Source: a virus (Duplodnaviria; Caudoviricetes). From it: DNA of 58,181 bases. Location: IMG/VR virus record IMGVR_UViG_3300043429_000067, positions 1 through 58,181 of that record; one strand, 5' to 3'. The translations under genes were made by a program, and so were the position numbers. The notes below the pieces were generated by a model. That model was not told the DNA's origin. It searched no databases and saw only the letters and a list, made by a program, of their open reading frames with translations. Shown piece after piece: positions 1-10,152 of this stretch; position 1 is the stretch's first letter, and the number at the start of each line of letters is the position of its first letter.

Positions 1-273
1 CGTACATACAATGTACGTATGTTCGTGGCGTTAAAACCCACACGTACTGCAGCAGGTATGGATGAGGCGATATTTAACGATCTCGAAGATGTGATCATGC
101 ACGGTGCGCTACAGTCGCTCCTAGTGCTACCGAATACTAATTGGTCTGACCGTGAACTGGCGGCGTATCACGCGAAACAGCATGTGGCGCAGATTACTGA
201 GCGCCGTGCACGTGCGAATCTAGGTAATGCGCGTGGCACGTTTGCAGTACAGATGCAGCCGTTTGGAGCATGA
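1..273 (+). CDS. C-terminal part of head-tail adaptor-like protein, continued from 57772..58181
   Basis: Frame 1 reads RTYNVRMFVALKP..., continuing ...LPDAQRT at the window end. Confidence 0.75.
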   Translation, partial: RTYNVRMFVALKPTRTAAGMDEAIFNDLEDVIMHGALQSLLVLPNTNWSDRELAAYHAKQHVAQITERRARANLGNARGTFAVQMQPFGA

Positions 274-274
274 C

Positions 275-604
275 ATGGCGACTATAAGACTTGTTAAGGA
301 CGACACAGGACCGCAGTTGCGGCTGGAGTTCATCGACAACTACACTGGTGAACCGACGAACTTGCAGGGTGCTACGGTCACGCTGCACTTTAGGGCGGTG
401 AATACGACCACTACTCTGTTTAGCCGAGATGCGCTTATATTGTCCCCTGCATCAAACGGCGTGGCCGTTCTAGTTTGGGCGGAAGGTGACCTCAACCAAC
501 CAGCCGGAGACTACGAGGGTGAGGTGGAGGTAGTGTTGTCCAGCGGTATGCGCGAGACGCAGTTCGATCCGTTGCAGTTTACTATCCGAGAGGACTTCAC
601 GTGA
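275..604 (+). CDS. BppU N-terminal-like (Ig-like) virion protein
   Basis: ATG 275 after GGAG; motifs LVKDDTGPQL, NLQGATVTLHF, GDYEGEVEV. Confidence 0.6.
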   Translation: MATIRLVKDDTGPQLRLEFIDNYTGEPTNLQGATVTLHFRAVNTTTTLFSRDALILSPASNGVAVLVWAEGDLNQPAGDYEGEVEVVLSSGMRETQFDPLQFTIREDFT

Positions 605-1242
605 AGTTACGGACGATAGCTCTACAGTCTAAACTTAGACTGATCACACTGGCTACCAAAATGCGGGTAGCCGTGGGGGAGTTTATCGCCGCAGCTTTGT
701 TTGCTAATAATGCGTCGGTATCGGATGCGCCGTCTAAGCAACCAAGGAAAAGTCGTATAGAAAGTCTGACGCTTACTGATCAGATGGTGTTCATTCCGAA
801 CAAGCGTCCATCTGAAAATGTGGGAGCAACTGACGGAGATAACCCGTATTTTGCTGAGGACTATGTAACTGGCGCGCCGTCGGCGCAGAACTACACTATA
901 GCGGGCGGGTTCTTCTGGTTCATGACCAAGCTACTGCAGGAAGCCCCTGCGGTGTCTGATCAGGTAGCAAAGACGCTACCTAGTAAGGTATTCACAGAGA
1001 CGGTAAACGCTACCGATGATGTGAACGGTGCAGCGGCTGGGGATGACCAGATATTCCAGTATTTCAAAGTAACCACAAACCTTGCGGCTGTTTCTGATGG
1101 TGTGATTGCTAGAGCGGTAAGTAAGACCTTGTCCGACAGTGGCGCAGCTACGGATGATGGGGCGCTTAGGATGCAGAACTACACTGTTGATATGACGTAT
1201 TTTGCGGAGGATTATGTCGGTACCTCCAGCGTTTTTTCGTAA
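601..1242 (+). CDS. Putative tail/virion structural protein
   Basis: GTGA overlap with upstream gene; YFAEDYV occurs twice; in tail module. Confidence 0.6.
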   Translation: MKLRTIALQSKLRLITLATKMRVAVGEFIAAALFANNASVSDAPSKQPRKSRIESLTLTDQMVFIPNKRPSENVGATDGDNPYFAEDYVTGAPSAQNYTIAGGFFWFMTKLLQEAPAVSDQVAKTLPSKVFTETVNATDDVNGAAAGDDQIFQYFKVTTNLAAVSDGVIARAVSKTLSDSGAATDDGALRMQNYTVDMTYFAEDYVGTSSVFS

Positions 1243-1252
1243 AGGAAGTATT

Positions 1253-1714
1253 ATGAACACCTCCGAGAACCTGAAGTTACGTGGCGAACTGGACATCGTG
1301 TTGTTTGACAAAAACGGTGTAGTCAAGCAATCCCAGACCGTCGAGAACCTTGTTGTCAATACCGGCCTTGCGTACATCATCAGCCGCATGGTTGGCACCA
1401 GCAAAAACGTCATGAGTCATATGGCTCTTGGCGCTGGTACTTCACCGGCTGCTGCAGGTGACACCGCTCTTGGTAGCCAGTTGGGTAGCCGTGTTGCGCT
1501 GGATAGTACAACGATCAACGGCTCCAACAATGAGAAGGTGACTTACGTCACTACGTTTGGCGCTGGTGCAGGTACCGGTGCTGTGACCGAGGCGGGTATC
1601 TTCAACGCCTCTACCAGTGGCGATATGCTCTGCCGCACAGTTTTCTCCGTCGTCAATAAAGCAGCAGATGACACGATGGTGATCACTTGGACTATCACAC
1701 TGTCTGCTTCGTAA
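1253..1714 (+). CDS. Tail fibre/collar-associated structural protein
   Basis: ATG 1253 after AAGGAAG; motifs NLVVNTG, MALGAG, EAGIFNA, ITWTITL. Confidence 0.65.
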   Translation: MNTSENLKLRGELDIVLFDKNGVVKQSQTVENLVVNTGLAYIISRMVGTSKNVMSHMALGAGTSPAAAGDTALGSQLGSRVALDSTTINGSNNEKVTYVTTFGAGAGTGAVTEAGIFNASTSGDMLCRTVFSVVNKAADDTMVITWTITLSAS

Positions 1715-1724
1715 GAGGTGATCT

Positions 1725-2165
1725 ATGGCCAGTATAACTACCCGCGCTGGTAAGGGTTCGCCCCTTACCAATAATGAGCTAGACGCCAACTTCAACAATT
1801 TGAACGCGGGTCTGGCCGCCGCTGCTATTACTAGCGGTACCATCGACAGCGTTGCTGTATCAAACAGCACTGTAAACGCTACCACGATCGGAGCTACTGA
1901 TCCAAGCACCGGAAGGTTCACACAGGTGAACGTGGTGACGCAGGGTGATCTTCGATTGGAAGACACAACTGGAGGTCAGTACGTTGCGCTGCAAGCCCCC
2001 GGTACTGTCTCTGTTAGCTATACGCTCACCCTCCCAACTGCTGATGGTACGAGCGGGCAGGTTCTCGCAACCGATGGCGCAGGACAACTATCTTTTACTT
2101 CCGCTTCCGGTGGTGGTATATCAACAGGTAAGGCCATCGCTATGGCGATGATCTTCGGATTCTAA
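1725..2165 (+). CDS. Short tail-fibre-like protein
   Basis: RAGKGSPLTNNELDANFNNLN N-terminus; LTLPTADGTSGQVLATDGAGQLSF fibre motif. Confidence 0.65.
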   Translation: MASITTRAGKGSPLTNNELDANFNNLNAGLAAAAITSGTIDSVAVSNSTVNATTIGATDPSTGRFTQVNVVTQGDLRLEDTTGGQYVALQAPGTVSVSYTLTLPTADGTSGQVLATDGAGQLSFTSASGGGISTGKAIAMAMIFGF

Positions 2166-2174
2166 GGGGTAATC

Positions 2175-2549
2175 ATGGCTAATCCAAATATCGTCAACGT
2201 AGCGACCATCTTAGGGAATACGTCTACTACGTCGTTATCTAGTACGTCGGCTACTTCACTTATGAGTAATGCTGCGTCGAGCGGCAAAATTTATAAAGTG
2301 AATAATATCGTTGTGGCGAATACGTCAGCTTCATCGGCTACGATTACGATCAACATTTATAGTGCTGCGTCACTTGGTGGAACTGCGTTCCCTATTGCCT
2401 ACCAGATCAGTGTTCCTGCAAACGCTACGTTGATCGTAACTGACAAGACTACAGCATTCTATTTGCTGGAGGATAAGTCAGTCGGGGCTACTGCTGGTAC
2501 GTCTAGCGCGTTGGTAGTCACTGCGTCGTGGGAAGAACTCAACGCCTGA
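2175..2549 (+). CDS. Small beta-rich virion protein
   Basis: RBS AAGGGG; MANPNIVNV-type protein in tail module. Confidence 0.6.
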   Translation: MANPNIVNVATILGNTSTTSLSSTSATSLMSNAASSGKIYKVNNIVVANTSASSATITINIYSAASLGGTAFPIAYQISVPANATLIVTDKTTAFYLLEDKSVGATAGTSSALVVTASWEELNA

Positions 2550-2559
2550 TAGGTGACTT

Positions 2560-3411
2560 ATGCCGTTACGTTCCCTCCCCGGTAATTTTGTCTCTAACGG
2601 GTACAACCCCGCAATACAAACTACGTCTTTTATAGACGTGGAGTATCTCGTTGTTGGCGGTGGCGGTGCAGGTGGCGGTTCGGGCGGCGGTGGCGGTGGC
2701 GGTGGCGGTTTCCTAACTGGAACTAATTTTCCTGCACCTTTCGGTACAAGCCTTACTATCACTGTAGGATCAGGTGGCACAGGTGTTAGTGATGGTACTG
2801 GTAATAGCGGCGGCAACAGCGTATTCTCCTCAATAACCGCTACTGGCGGTGGCGGAGGAGGAAAAGGCGGCGCTCCTGCTGCCGCTGGGGTAAGTGGCGG
2901 TTCAGGTGGCGGCGGCGGTGGCTATCATGAGGGTACGTCGCAATCGGGGGGAAACGGCACTGCTGGACAAGGTAACAACGGCGGCACTGCTAGTGGAACT
3001 GGACCTGCTTATGGCGGCGGCGGTGGTGGTGGCGCTTCTGCTGTTGGGAGCAACGGTGGATCGACTTTTGCTGGAGCAGGAGGCGCTGGGCGCACGTCTA
3101 GTATAACGGGCACATTCACTACTTACGGCGGTGGCGGTGGCGGCGCAGGGTTTACCGGCTATTCTGGCGCAGGCGGCGCAGGCGGTGGAGGCGCAGGTAA
3201 TGGCACTGCTGGTACCGCAAACACAGGCGGTGGCGGCGGGGCTCGCGTAAATAGTGGAGCGACTACCGGTGCTAATGGTGGTTCTGGTGTTGTAATCCTT
3301 CGGCATTCATCGGCGTACCCAACCGCAACAACAACAGGCTCACCTACGGTTACCACTGCTAATGGTTATGTTACATATACATTCACGGGTTCGGGCACAA
3401 TTAGATTCTGA
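2560..3411 (+). CDS. Glycine-rich tail protein
   Basis: VEYLVVGGGG, GTANTGGGGG and GGSGVVILR motifs. Confidence 0.75.
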   Translation: MPLRSLPGNFVSNGYNPAIQTTSFIDVEYLVVGGGGAGGGSGGGGGGGGGFLTGTNFPAPFGTSLTITVGSGGTGVSDGTGNSGGNSVFSSITATGGGGGGKGGAPAAAGVSGGSGGGGGGYHEGTSQSGGNGTAGQGNNGGTASGTGPAYGGGGGGGASAVGSNGGSTFAGAGGAGRTSSITGTFTTYGGGGGGAGFTGYSGAGGAGGGGAGNGTAGTANTGGGGGARVNSGATTGANGGSGVVILRHSSAYPTATTTGSPTVTTANGYVTYTFTGSGTIRF

Positions 3412-3419
3412 GGTATGAC

Positions 3420-3893
3420 ATGGCACATTACGCACAACTAGATGAAAACAACGTGGTACTGCAAGTCATTGTGGTGCATAACAGCGAACTCGTGGCGAGC
3501 AAGCAAACGACTGTGAACGAAGATGGCAGCATTGCTGTCAGTGTTATCGAGTCGGAAGATAAAGGCGTCGAGTTTTGTCAATCACTGTTTGGCGCAGATA
3601 CTCGTTGGGTACAGACCAGCTACAACGGTAACTTCCGTGGTAAGTACGCAGGTATCGGGGATATATACGACGCAGAAACTAATGAGTTCCGTACCTCTAC
3701 TGAGGCGTCTAGCGACGACGTTCTTATTATCGCCCCTGCTATACAGACTCAGCAAACAGTCGTTTTAGAAACGCAAGCCACGATAGCTTTAGAAACGCAA
3801 GCCACGATAGTGTTGGAATCGGCAGATATTTCTGCTTTGATCTCGGCAGATATACAAGCATTGACCAGCCAGCAGATTTCCGGATTGGAGTAA
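3420..3893 (+). CDS. Putative tail-fibre assembly chaperone with repeat-containing C-terminal extension
   Basis: MAHYAQLDENNVV and WVQTSYNGNFRGKYAGIG motifs; follows Gly-rich gene. Confidence 0.55.
   Translation: MAHYAQLDENNVVLQVIVVHNSELVASKQTTVNEDGSIAVSVIESEDKGVEFCQSLFGADTRWVQTSYNGNFRGKYAGIGDIYDAETNEFRTSTEASSDDVLIIAPAIQTQQTVVLETQATIALETQATIVLESADISALISADIQALTSQQISGLE
3765..3810 (+). repeat. Tandem repeat, 24-nt period (ttagaaacgcaagccacgatag x2)
   Basis: Directly visible; encodes LETQATI twice. Confidence 0.85.
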
Positions 3894-3896
3894 ACG

Positions 3897-5990
3897 ATGC
3901 CTCAGTATCAGGGTATATGGAACCTAGCCCAGCAAGCGCAGGCGGTTGTTAGTCAGCAGTGGGGAACTGACCCTCTGTTTGATTACACTACGTTATTACT
4001 TCAAGGTGATAACGTATCTGGCAGTTCGCAGAACAATGTCTTTGTAGATTCCAGCACTAACAATTTTCTAATCACCCGCAACGGCAACACGACGCAGGGG
4101 ACGTTCTCGCCTTTTAGTCAACAGCCGGGGAATTGGAGTGTGTATTTTGGTGGTAGTGGCAATTATGCATCTTCCAGCTCTACTGTAATTTCTTCTACCA
4201 CTTCAACTTTCACCATCGAAGGTTGGATTTATCAAACTGCCGCGACTGTAGGAACAAATATACCTTCTATTATTGGGGATATGTCTCCAACGTCGTTTTC
4301 CGCCTATTGGTCATTTGGTACTCTGGCATCCGGCGCACTCAGCTTCTACTGGTATGATGGGTCGAACAGTCTAAGCGCAGTCACCACTACTACGGTCCCT
4401 CTAAATACTTGGGTACATATCGCAGTTTCTGTTAACTCCAACACCATTAGCATGTACATCAATGGTGTCCAACAATCATTAACTGGTAATACCACACTTA
4501 CAAACAGAGGCGGTACTAATACCCTTACTACATTCGCTCAGTTCTCTGCTGGGACGACTGGTCTATATACTGGGTATATTTCGAATTTCAGTGTACTTTC
4601 AGGCACCGCCAAATACAGCGGGTCTTTTACGCCCAGTTCGACCCCTCTTGCAACAGGCACCACTAACCAGACATTACTGTTTGCTTCAAGTAATAGGTTT
4701 GTGGATGCAAATACCGCCACTACCGCCAAGACATTTACTTTAACTGGAACCCCCTCCGTTCAAGCCTTCAGTCCGTTTGCACCTCAAGACCAGTACACAA
4801 CGCCTGTTATCGGCGGGTCTGGTTATTTTGATGGGAGCGGGGATTATCTCAGTGTGGCCGGATCAACGGTATTAAGTTCAACCGGCGACCTTACTATTGA
4901 AGCTTGGTGCTATATAACAAGTGCTTCAGCGTATGGCGGCATCTTTAGTATGCGAGAAGGTGTGAACGCAGATGGACTTGGAATAACTATATCAAACACA
5001 GGAAATTTCGAATTTACAATTGACCCCGGTGGCATAGTAAGCACACCAATACCTTTACGTCAATGGAACCATGTTGCCCTTGTTCGTTCCGGTAGTAGCA
5101 CAAATAACTGTAGCGCGTATTTAAACGGAGTGCGCGTCGGCCAATTTACCGCTACAAACCAAGCAAACATGGCTAATAATGTGGCTGTCATTGGGCGGTA
5201 TTACGCAAGCGGCGGTGATGCAAACTGGACTACTGGCTATATATCTGATGTTAGGTATGTCGTTGGGCAAGCCCTCTACTCTGGCGCGACAATAACTGTC
5301 CCAACTGCTCCGCTTACCACAACCTCGCAAGGCGCAACCGCATCAAATGTAGAGCTGCTTTGCAACTTCACCAACGCCGGTATCTACGACGGCACGATGA
5401 AGAACAACCTAGAGACGGTTGCTAATGCTCAGGTAAGCACCTCGGTGGTGAAGTACGGCTCAGGGTCCCTATACTTTGACGGCACAGGCGATTATTTAAT
5501 CATGCCGTTTTCTCCTTGGATGTCATTCGGCACTGGGGACTTCACTATAGAGGCGTGGGTATACCCCAATAGCCTTGCAAGCGCTCAGGATATAGGCTCT
5601 TTCAGGAAAGATTCTCCAAGCGTTAACTCGGACGTTGGTTGGGATATTTATGTTGGAGCGAATAATGCCAGCAATGAAGCGGCTATTTACAGCTCAACAA
5701 CCAAATATGCGGTAACTGGCTGGTCATTGACTGCAAAACAATGGCAACATATCGCTTTTGTAAGACGAAACGGTTACTTATTGTTTTTCCTTAATGGCGT
5801 ACAGCAAGGTTCCGCTACAGCCGCCAATGTGTCTGTTAACTCTGGAACAACGTGGTACACCGTTGTAGGCACGTACACTGCCGCTTCACGAAATTTTAAT
5901 GGCTACCTCGATGATTTTCGTATCACTGCAGGCATCGCCCGCTACACCCGTAATTTCACCCCTCCGCAAGTAGCATTACCGAGGCAATAA
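3897..5990 (+). CDS. LamG/concanavalin-A-like multidomain tail (receptor-binding) protein
   Basis: Three modules with YFDGxGDYL, FTIExW, WxH[IV]A, Y[IL]S[DN][FV]R motifs. Confidence 0.8.
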   Translation: MPQYQGIWNLAQQAQAVVSQQWGTDPLFDYTTLLLQGDNVSGSSQNNVFVDSSTNNFLITRNGNTTQGTFSPFSQQPGNWSVYFGGSGNYASSSSTVISSTTSTFTIEGWIYQTAATVGTNIPSIIGDMSPTSFSAYWSFGTLASGALSFYWYDGSNSLSAVTTTTVPLNTWVHIAVSVNSNTISMYINGVQQSLTGNTTLTNRGGTNTLTTFAQFSAGTTGLYTGYISNFSVLSGTAKYSGSFTPSSTPLATGTTNQTLLFASSNRFVDANTATTAKTFTLTGTPSVQAFSPFAPQDQYTTPVIGGSGYFDGSGDYLSVAGSTVLSSTGDLTIEAWCYITSASAYGGIFSMREGVNADGLGITISNTGNFEFTIDPGGIVSTPIPLRQWNHVALVRSGSSTNNCSAYLNGVRVGQFTATNQANMANNVAVIGRYYASGGDANWTTGYISDVRYVVGQALYSGATITVPTAPLTTTSQGATASNVELLCNFTNAGIYDGTMKNNLETVANAQVSTSVVKYGSGSLYFDGTGDYLIMPFSPWMSFGTGDFTIEAWVYPNSLASAQDIGSFRKDSPSVNSDVGWDIYVGANNASNEAAIYSSTTKYAVTGWSLTAKQWQHIAFVRRNGYLLFFLNGVQQGSATAANVSVNSGTTWYTVVGTYTAASRNFNGYLDDFRITAGIARYTRNFTPPQVALPRQ

Positions 5991-5993
5991 GAC

Positions 5994-8687
5994 ATGAGCA
6001 AATACGCAGGGAACATTATCACCACCGGCGCTGATGCGGGGTACTCTGTCTACTTTGATGGGACCGGGGATTATCTACAGTCTACTACGGCGGCCTTATC
6101 AGGCGCGTTTACTATCGAATTTTGGTACTACAGGGTAGGCACTGGTAGCAACTATTGTTTTACCGTAGGGGACTCGATTACTTCTACCGGCATAGAAGTC
6201 TATATCGGTACAAGCGGCACCGTATTTAATGCTATCTACAGTAACGGTGCGGCGCAAGTAACATCTACTACGCAAGTCCCTACAGCTAACGGTTGGTCCC
6301 ATATAGCTTTAGTCAGAGAAGGGGCTAACGTAATTAAATGTTATCTAAACGGTGTGCAAGTCACCGGCTCTTACACTTCATCTGCAACATTTAATAGTGT
6401 TGTACGTATTGGCGCAGAGTACTATAACGGGAATATTACCGGAAGTGCTAATGCGTATATCTCTAATTTTAGGATTGTTAATGGTACTGCGTTGTATACC
6501 GCAGCGTTTACTCCGCCGACTCAGTTATTAGCTATTACAAACACCAGTCTGCTGACATGTAACTCCCCGGCTATTATCGATCAGAGCAGTAACGCATTTG
6601 CGATTACTGCCAACGGTGATGCTAAGGTTAGTCCGTTCACGCCTTTTGCTGGCTACCAAGTATACAAACCAGAACTTGGTTCCGCGACGCCCGGCGTATG
6701 GACGCTCAGTGAAGCACTGCAAGCCAAGCAGACCCGCCAGTGGAATATGTACGACCCCTATTTCCGAGACACGGTGTTGGCGTTGCGTAGTGGTACAGTA
6801 GATGGAGCACAGAATAACTCTTTCGTAGATAGTTCATCTACTGGGTATTCTGTTGTTCGGAATCCTACGACTGGGCCTAATGCACCTACACAGGGTACAT
6901 TCACTCCGTTTAGTCCAACAGGCTGGTCGGTGTACACAAACTCTGATCGGCAGAGTTGGGTGTCAGTATCAAGTGCATCACTGGCATTGGGTACAGGTGA
7001 CTTCGAGATTTCGTTTTATATGTATTACATTAACGGCACCTATATCATGGGTACCGGCAATACTAGCGGCTCTTGGGCGTTCACCAGTGATGGCTCGTTT
7101 AGGCGGAATACACTAGCGTCCGACTTTATTAGCGGTGGAGTAACTGCACGTACATGGGCGAAGATTCGATGTGTACGTATATCTAGCGTTACTTACTTGT
7201 ACGTTAATGACGTACTACGTGGGTCAGCAGCGGATACCCAGAACTACACAAACTCTAATTTGGGTATAGGTAACTTCACCCAAGCCGCTGGCGGCTCGCC
7301 TAACTTTGCGTCTGAAGTTTATATCTCGAACCTGAAGATTGTTAAGGCTGGTACGACCATACTGGATACATTTAGGAACAATCGGTATATCGACAACAGT
7401 CCTACTCCACTGACTGTTACACCTAACGCTAACGCTACTTATCTACCGCCGTTTGTTGTTCCGTACACGCTGACCAACCCGGATGCTGCGTACTCTCCTG
7501 CGGTACATGGCGGTAGCGGCTACTTTGATGGTACTGATGATTACCTAAGTATCACTACTGCTGCGACTAATTATTACTCCGCACTTGGGGAATGGACATG
7601 GGAAGCATGGATATACCCGTTGTCTTTTAGTGGACCACAATACTCATGCGCGATTCTAGCGAGTTCGTTAGACAGTATGTTATTACGCGCTGATGTAACA
7701 ACTGCTATATCTACCACACTCAATATGTACGCTATTAACTCCTCCAATGGCGCGATATTGGGTGCATCCGGTACTAGCGCGGGTACACTCCGTCTTAATG
7801 AATGGGCGCACGTAGTTGTGCAGCGCCGCGCTGGCGAGTTCGATCTATTTATTAATGGCTCTCGTGTTGCTAATGTAAACACACAAACGGCCACAGCTAT
7901 TAGAACAACTGATACAGACCTATGGATAGGTAAAGGTAACGCTGGTACAAGCCCGTTCTGGAATGGGTATATATCGGATGTACGTATACAGAACGGTAGT
8001 GCTAAATATTCAGGAACTACCTATACGGTACCAACTGCCCCCTTGTCCCCTACAGGTGCAGCAGTAAAACTCAGCTTCACCAACGCTGCGATCTTTGATA
8101 CCACCGGTAAGAACGTATTAGAGACTGTAGGTAACGCGCAATCTAGTGTTGCCCAGAAGAAATATGGCCCTACGGCTATGTACTTTGATGGCACGGGGGA
8201 TTATCTATTACCTAGAACGAACAGTATAGGAGCCTTTGGCTCTGGCGATTTTACAATCGAGTTTTGGATAAACTTTGTTACGGTGTCGTCCGCCCAAATT
8301 ATCTTGGACTTTAGGACTGCTACATCTACAGTAGCTCCTGCGATCTCACTTAAAAACACCGGCGTAATCTATTACTACACGGGTGGCGGAAGCCCCGGCG
8401 AGCGCATAACCGGCTCTACTTTATCTGCAGGAACGTGGTACCACGTTGCGGTTTGTAGATCGAGCGGAAGTACAAGGATGTTTGTAAACGGCGTTCAAGT
8501 AGGATCGACGTATACAGACACTAATGTTTATGTTGGGGCTGCTAACCGCCCTTGGGTCGGGGGATTAGCAGATGGGACGACCCCAGCGCAATGGCTAAAC
8601 GCCTATGTAAGTGATTTACGGATAACTCGTTTTGCTCGTTATAAAGCGAACTTTACTCCACTAACTTCAAGAATTCAGGATCAGTGA
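5994..8687 (+). CDS. LamG/concanavalin-A-like multidomain tail (receptor-binding) protein
   Basis: About four LamG modules with the same motifs; paralog of upstream gene. Confidence 0.8.
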   Translation: MSKYAGNIITTGADAGYSVYFDGTGDYLQSTTAALSGAFTIEFWYYRVGTGSNYCFTVGDSITSTGIEVYIGTSGTVFNAIYSNGAAQVTSTTQVPTANGWSHIALVREGANVIKCYLNGVQVTGSYTSSATFNSVVRIGAEYYNGNITGSANAYISNFRIVNGTALYTAAFTPPTQLLAITNTSLLTCNSPAIIDQSSNAFAITANGDAKVSPFTPFAGYQVYKPELGSATPGVWTLSEALQAKQTRQWNMYDPYFRDTVLALRSGTVDGAQNNSFVDSSSTGYSVVRNPTTGPNAPTQGTFTPFSPTGWSVYTNSDRQSWVSVSSASLALGTGDFEISFYMYYINGTYIMGTGNTSGSWAFTSDGSFRRNTLASDFISGGVTARTWAKIRCVRISSVTYLYVNDVLRGSAADTQNYTNSNLGIGNFTQAAGGSPNFASEVYISNLKIVKAGTTILDTFRNNRYIDNSPTPLTVTPNANATYLPPFVVPYTLTNPDAAYSPAVHGGSGYFDGTDDYLSITTAATNYYSALGEWTWEAWIYPLSFSGPQYSCAILASSLDSMLLRADVTTAISTTLNMYAINSSNGAILGASGTSAGTLRLNEWAHVVVQRRAGEFDLFINGSRVANVNTQTATAIRTTDTDLWIGKGNAGTSPFWNGYISDVRIQNGSAKYSGTTYTVPTAPLSPTGAAVKLSFTNAAIFDTTGKNVLETVGNAQSSVAQKKYGPTAMYFDGTGDYLLPRTNSIGAFGSGDFTIEFWINFVTVSSAQIILDFRTATSTVAPAISLKNTGVIYYYTGGGSPGERITGSTLSAGTWYHVAVCRSSGSTRMFVNGVQVGSTYTDTNVYVGAANRPWVGGLADGTTPAQWLNAYVSDLRITRFARYKANFTPLTSRIQDQ

Positions 8688-8694
8688 GGAGATC

Positions 8695-8874
8695 ATGGCA
8701 ACGGTATCGGAAGTCGAAAACAAACTGGTAACGCACGAAGCAATTTGTGCCGAACGGTATGCTACGTTTATCCAAAGAGTGGACAGACTGGAGCGGTTAT
8801 TAATCGCTGCTGCTGGCATTCTTATCGTTGGCATGGCTGGTGTAATTATGTCCATTATCTTAAAAGGAGTATGA
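8695..8874 (+). CDS. Small membrane protein (59 aa; not in ORF track)
   Basis: GAGGAG RBS; MATVSEVENKLVTHEAICAERY... with C-terminal hydrophobic helix. Confidence 0.65.
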   Translation: MATVSEVENKLVTHEAICAERYATFIQRVDRLERLLIAAAGILIVGMAGVIMSIILKGV

Positions 8875-8876
8875 CC

Positions 8877-9011
8877 ATGATGAAGAAGAAACCTGCACCT
8901 CAAAAGCCCATGCCTTATAAGAAGGGCGGTATGGTATTCAAGCCTTGCGCCAAGTGCCCGAGCCCTGCGAAGTGTAAAGCTGCCGGAAAGTGCATGTTGA
9001 AGGCAAAGTAA
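8877..9011 (+). CDS. Small Lys/Cys-rich basic protein (44 aa)
   Basis: AAGGAG RBS; MMKKKPAPQKPMPYKKGGMVFKPCAKC... Confidence 0.6.
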   Translation: MMKKKPAPQKPMPYKKGGMVFKPCAKCPSPAKCKAAGKCMLKAK

Positions 9012-9012
9012 T

Positions 9013-9738
9013 GTGATCGATCCCCTGACCATTGTCACCGCGTACAAAGCGGCTACTACGGCCATCGAGATGGCCAAAAAAGGTGTGGCTCTATACAAAG
9101 AAATCAAGGCAACGGCAGGGGATGTCGGTGATGTTATTAAGGATTTACGGGAACAGTTTCATAAGATTACTGACCCCACTCCTGAACAGAAGAAGCAGTA
9201 TAACGAGGAGGTTAAACGTGTACAGCAGATTGCAGAAACTCCTCCACATGAGGCACTTGGTTCGATATGGGATCACCTTGGCACATTCGTAGATCAGTAC
9301 GACATCATGGTCAAGGCGTATGTAGCCAGTGAGATCAGCGCCAAGCAGGTGTACAAAGGCGACATGTCACTGGCTCGAAGGGCACTGGAGAGACTACGAT
9401 TAAAGTACCAGCTAGATTCAATGCTGGCAGAAGTACGTGAAGAAATGGTGTACAACACCCCGTCAGAACTTGGGGACTTGTGGACACGGTTTGAAAAGAT
9501 GTGGACGCAGATCGTACAGGAACAGAACGAAGCGATTGCTGAGGAAATGCGGAAAGCACAGGTGGCGCAATGGCGACGGGAAAAGGCACTGGAGGACCTA
9601 AAGGCAAAGGCGGTATGGATTGGGGCGATAGTGTTCGTCCTAGCATGGTTCAGCGGCCTCCTAATTCTTATTCGACTGACTCAAGCTTACAAAAGTACCT
9701 TTCTGCAGCCATGGTGGTCTTGTGTATTGTGCTTGTAG
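9013..9738 (+). CDS. Coiled-coil protein with C-terminal TM helix (lysis region)
   Basis: MIDPLTI start; hydrophobic AVWIGAIVFVLAWFSGLLILI. Confidence 0.6.
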   Translation: MIDPLTIVTAYKAATTAIEMAKKGVALYKEIKATAGDVGDVIKDLREQFHKITDPTPEQKKQYNEEVKRVQQIAETPPHEALGSIWDHLGTFVDQYDIMVKAYVASEISAKQVYKGDMSLARRALERLRLKYQLDSMLAEVREEMVYNTPSELGDLWTRFEKMWTQIVQEQNEAIAEEMRKAQVAQWRREKALEDLKAKAVWIGAIVFVLAWFSGLLILIRLTQAYKSTFLQPWWSCVLCL

Positions 9739-9855
9739 TACTGATACCAGTAACAGCAATGATGTGGGGCGATCTGAATTACGCGCTTGTACGGGCTGAA
9801 TATCAGACGGGGAAGATGGAAGCGTTGTATCGGAAACTCTTAGAGGAGAGGAAGC

Positions 9856-10152
9856 ATGAGCGAGCTACTAAACAAACAGGATTGGATGACCACCAAGTGG
9901 CGCCCGATGATGGCAATAACCTACATGCTGATTAACATCTGTGATTTCATTCTGTTCCCTGTGATGTTCACGATCGTGCAGTTCTGGGAGACTCAGGCCG
10001 CGAACGATGCGTTCCGCCAGTGGCAGCCGCTTTCGCTGCAGGGCGGCGGGTTTATTCATTTGGCTTTCGGTGCCATCCTTGGTATCTCTGCATGGACACG
10101 TGGGCAGGAGAAGGTAGAAGCCGCGAAGAAGACGGAGGGCGCAGGTGCCTAA
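9856..10152 (+). CDS. Holin
   Basis: KWRPMMAITY...FHLAFGAILG-like motif (FIHLAFGAILGISAWTRGQEK); TM helices; upstream of spanins and endolysin. Confidence 0.7.
   Translation: MSELLNKQDWMTTKWRPMMAITYMLINICDFILFPVMFTIVQFWETQAANDAFRQWQPLSLQGGGFIHLAFGAILGISAWTRGQEKVEAAKKTEGAGA

Noticed and set aside
3897-8687. Diversity-generating retroelement acting on tail genes
   Set aside because: No reverse transcriptase, and no near-identical TR/VR pair differing only at adenines was seen
9570-9935. Extra TM ORF between the coiled-coil gene and the holin (possible start 9712)
   Set aside because: Plausible but overlaps both neighbours and has no clear RBS; left uncalled
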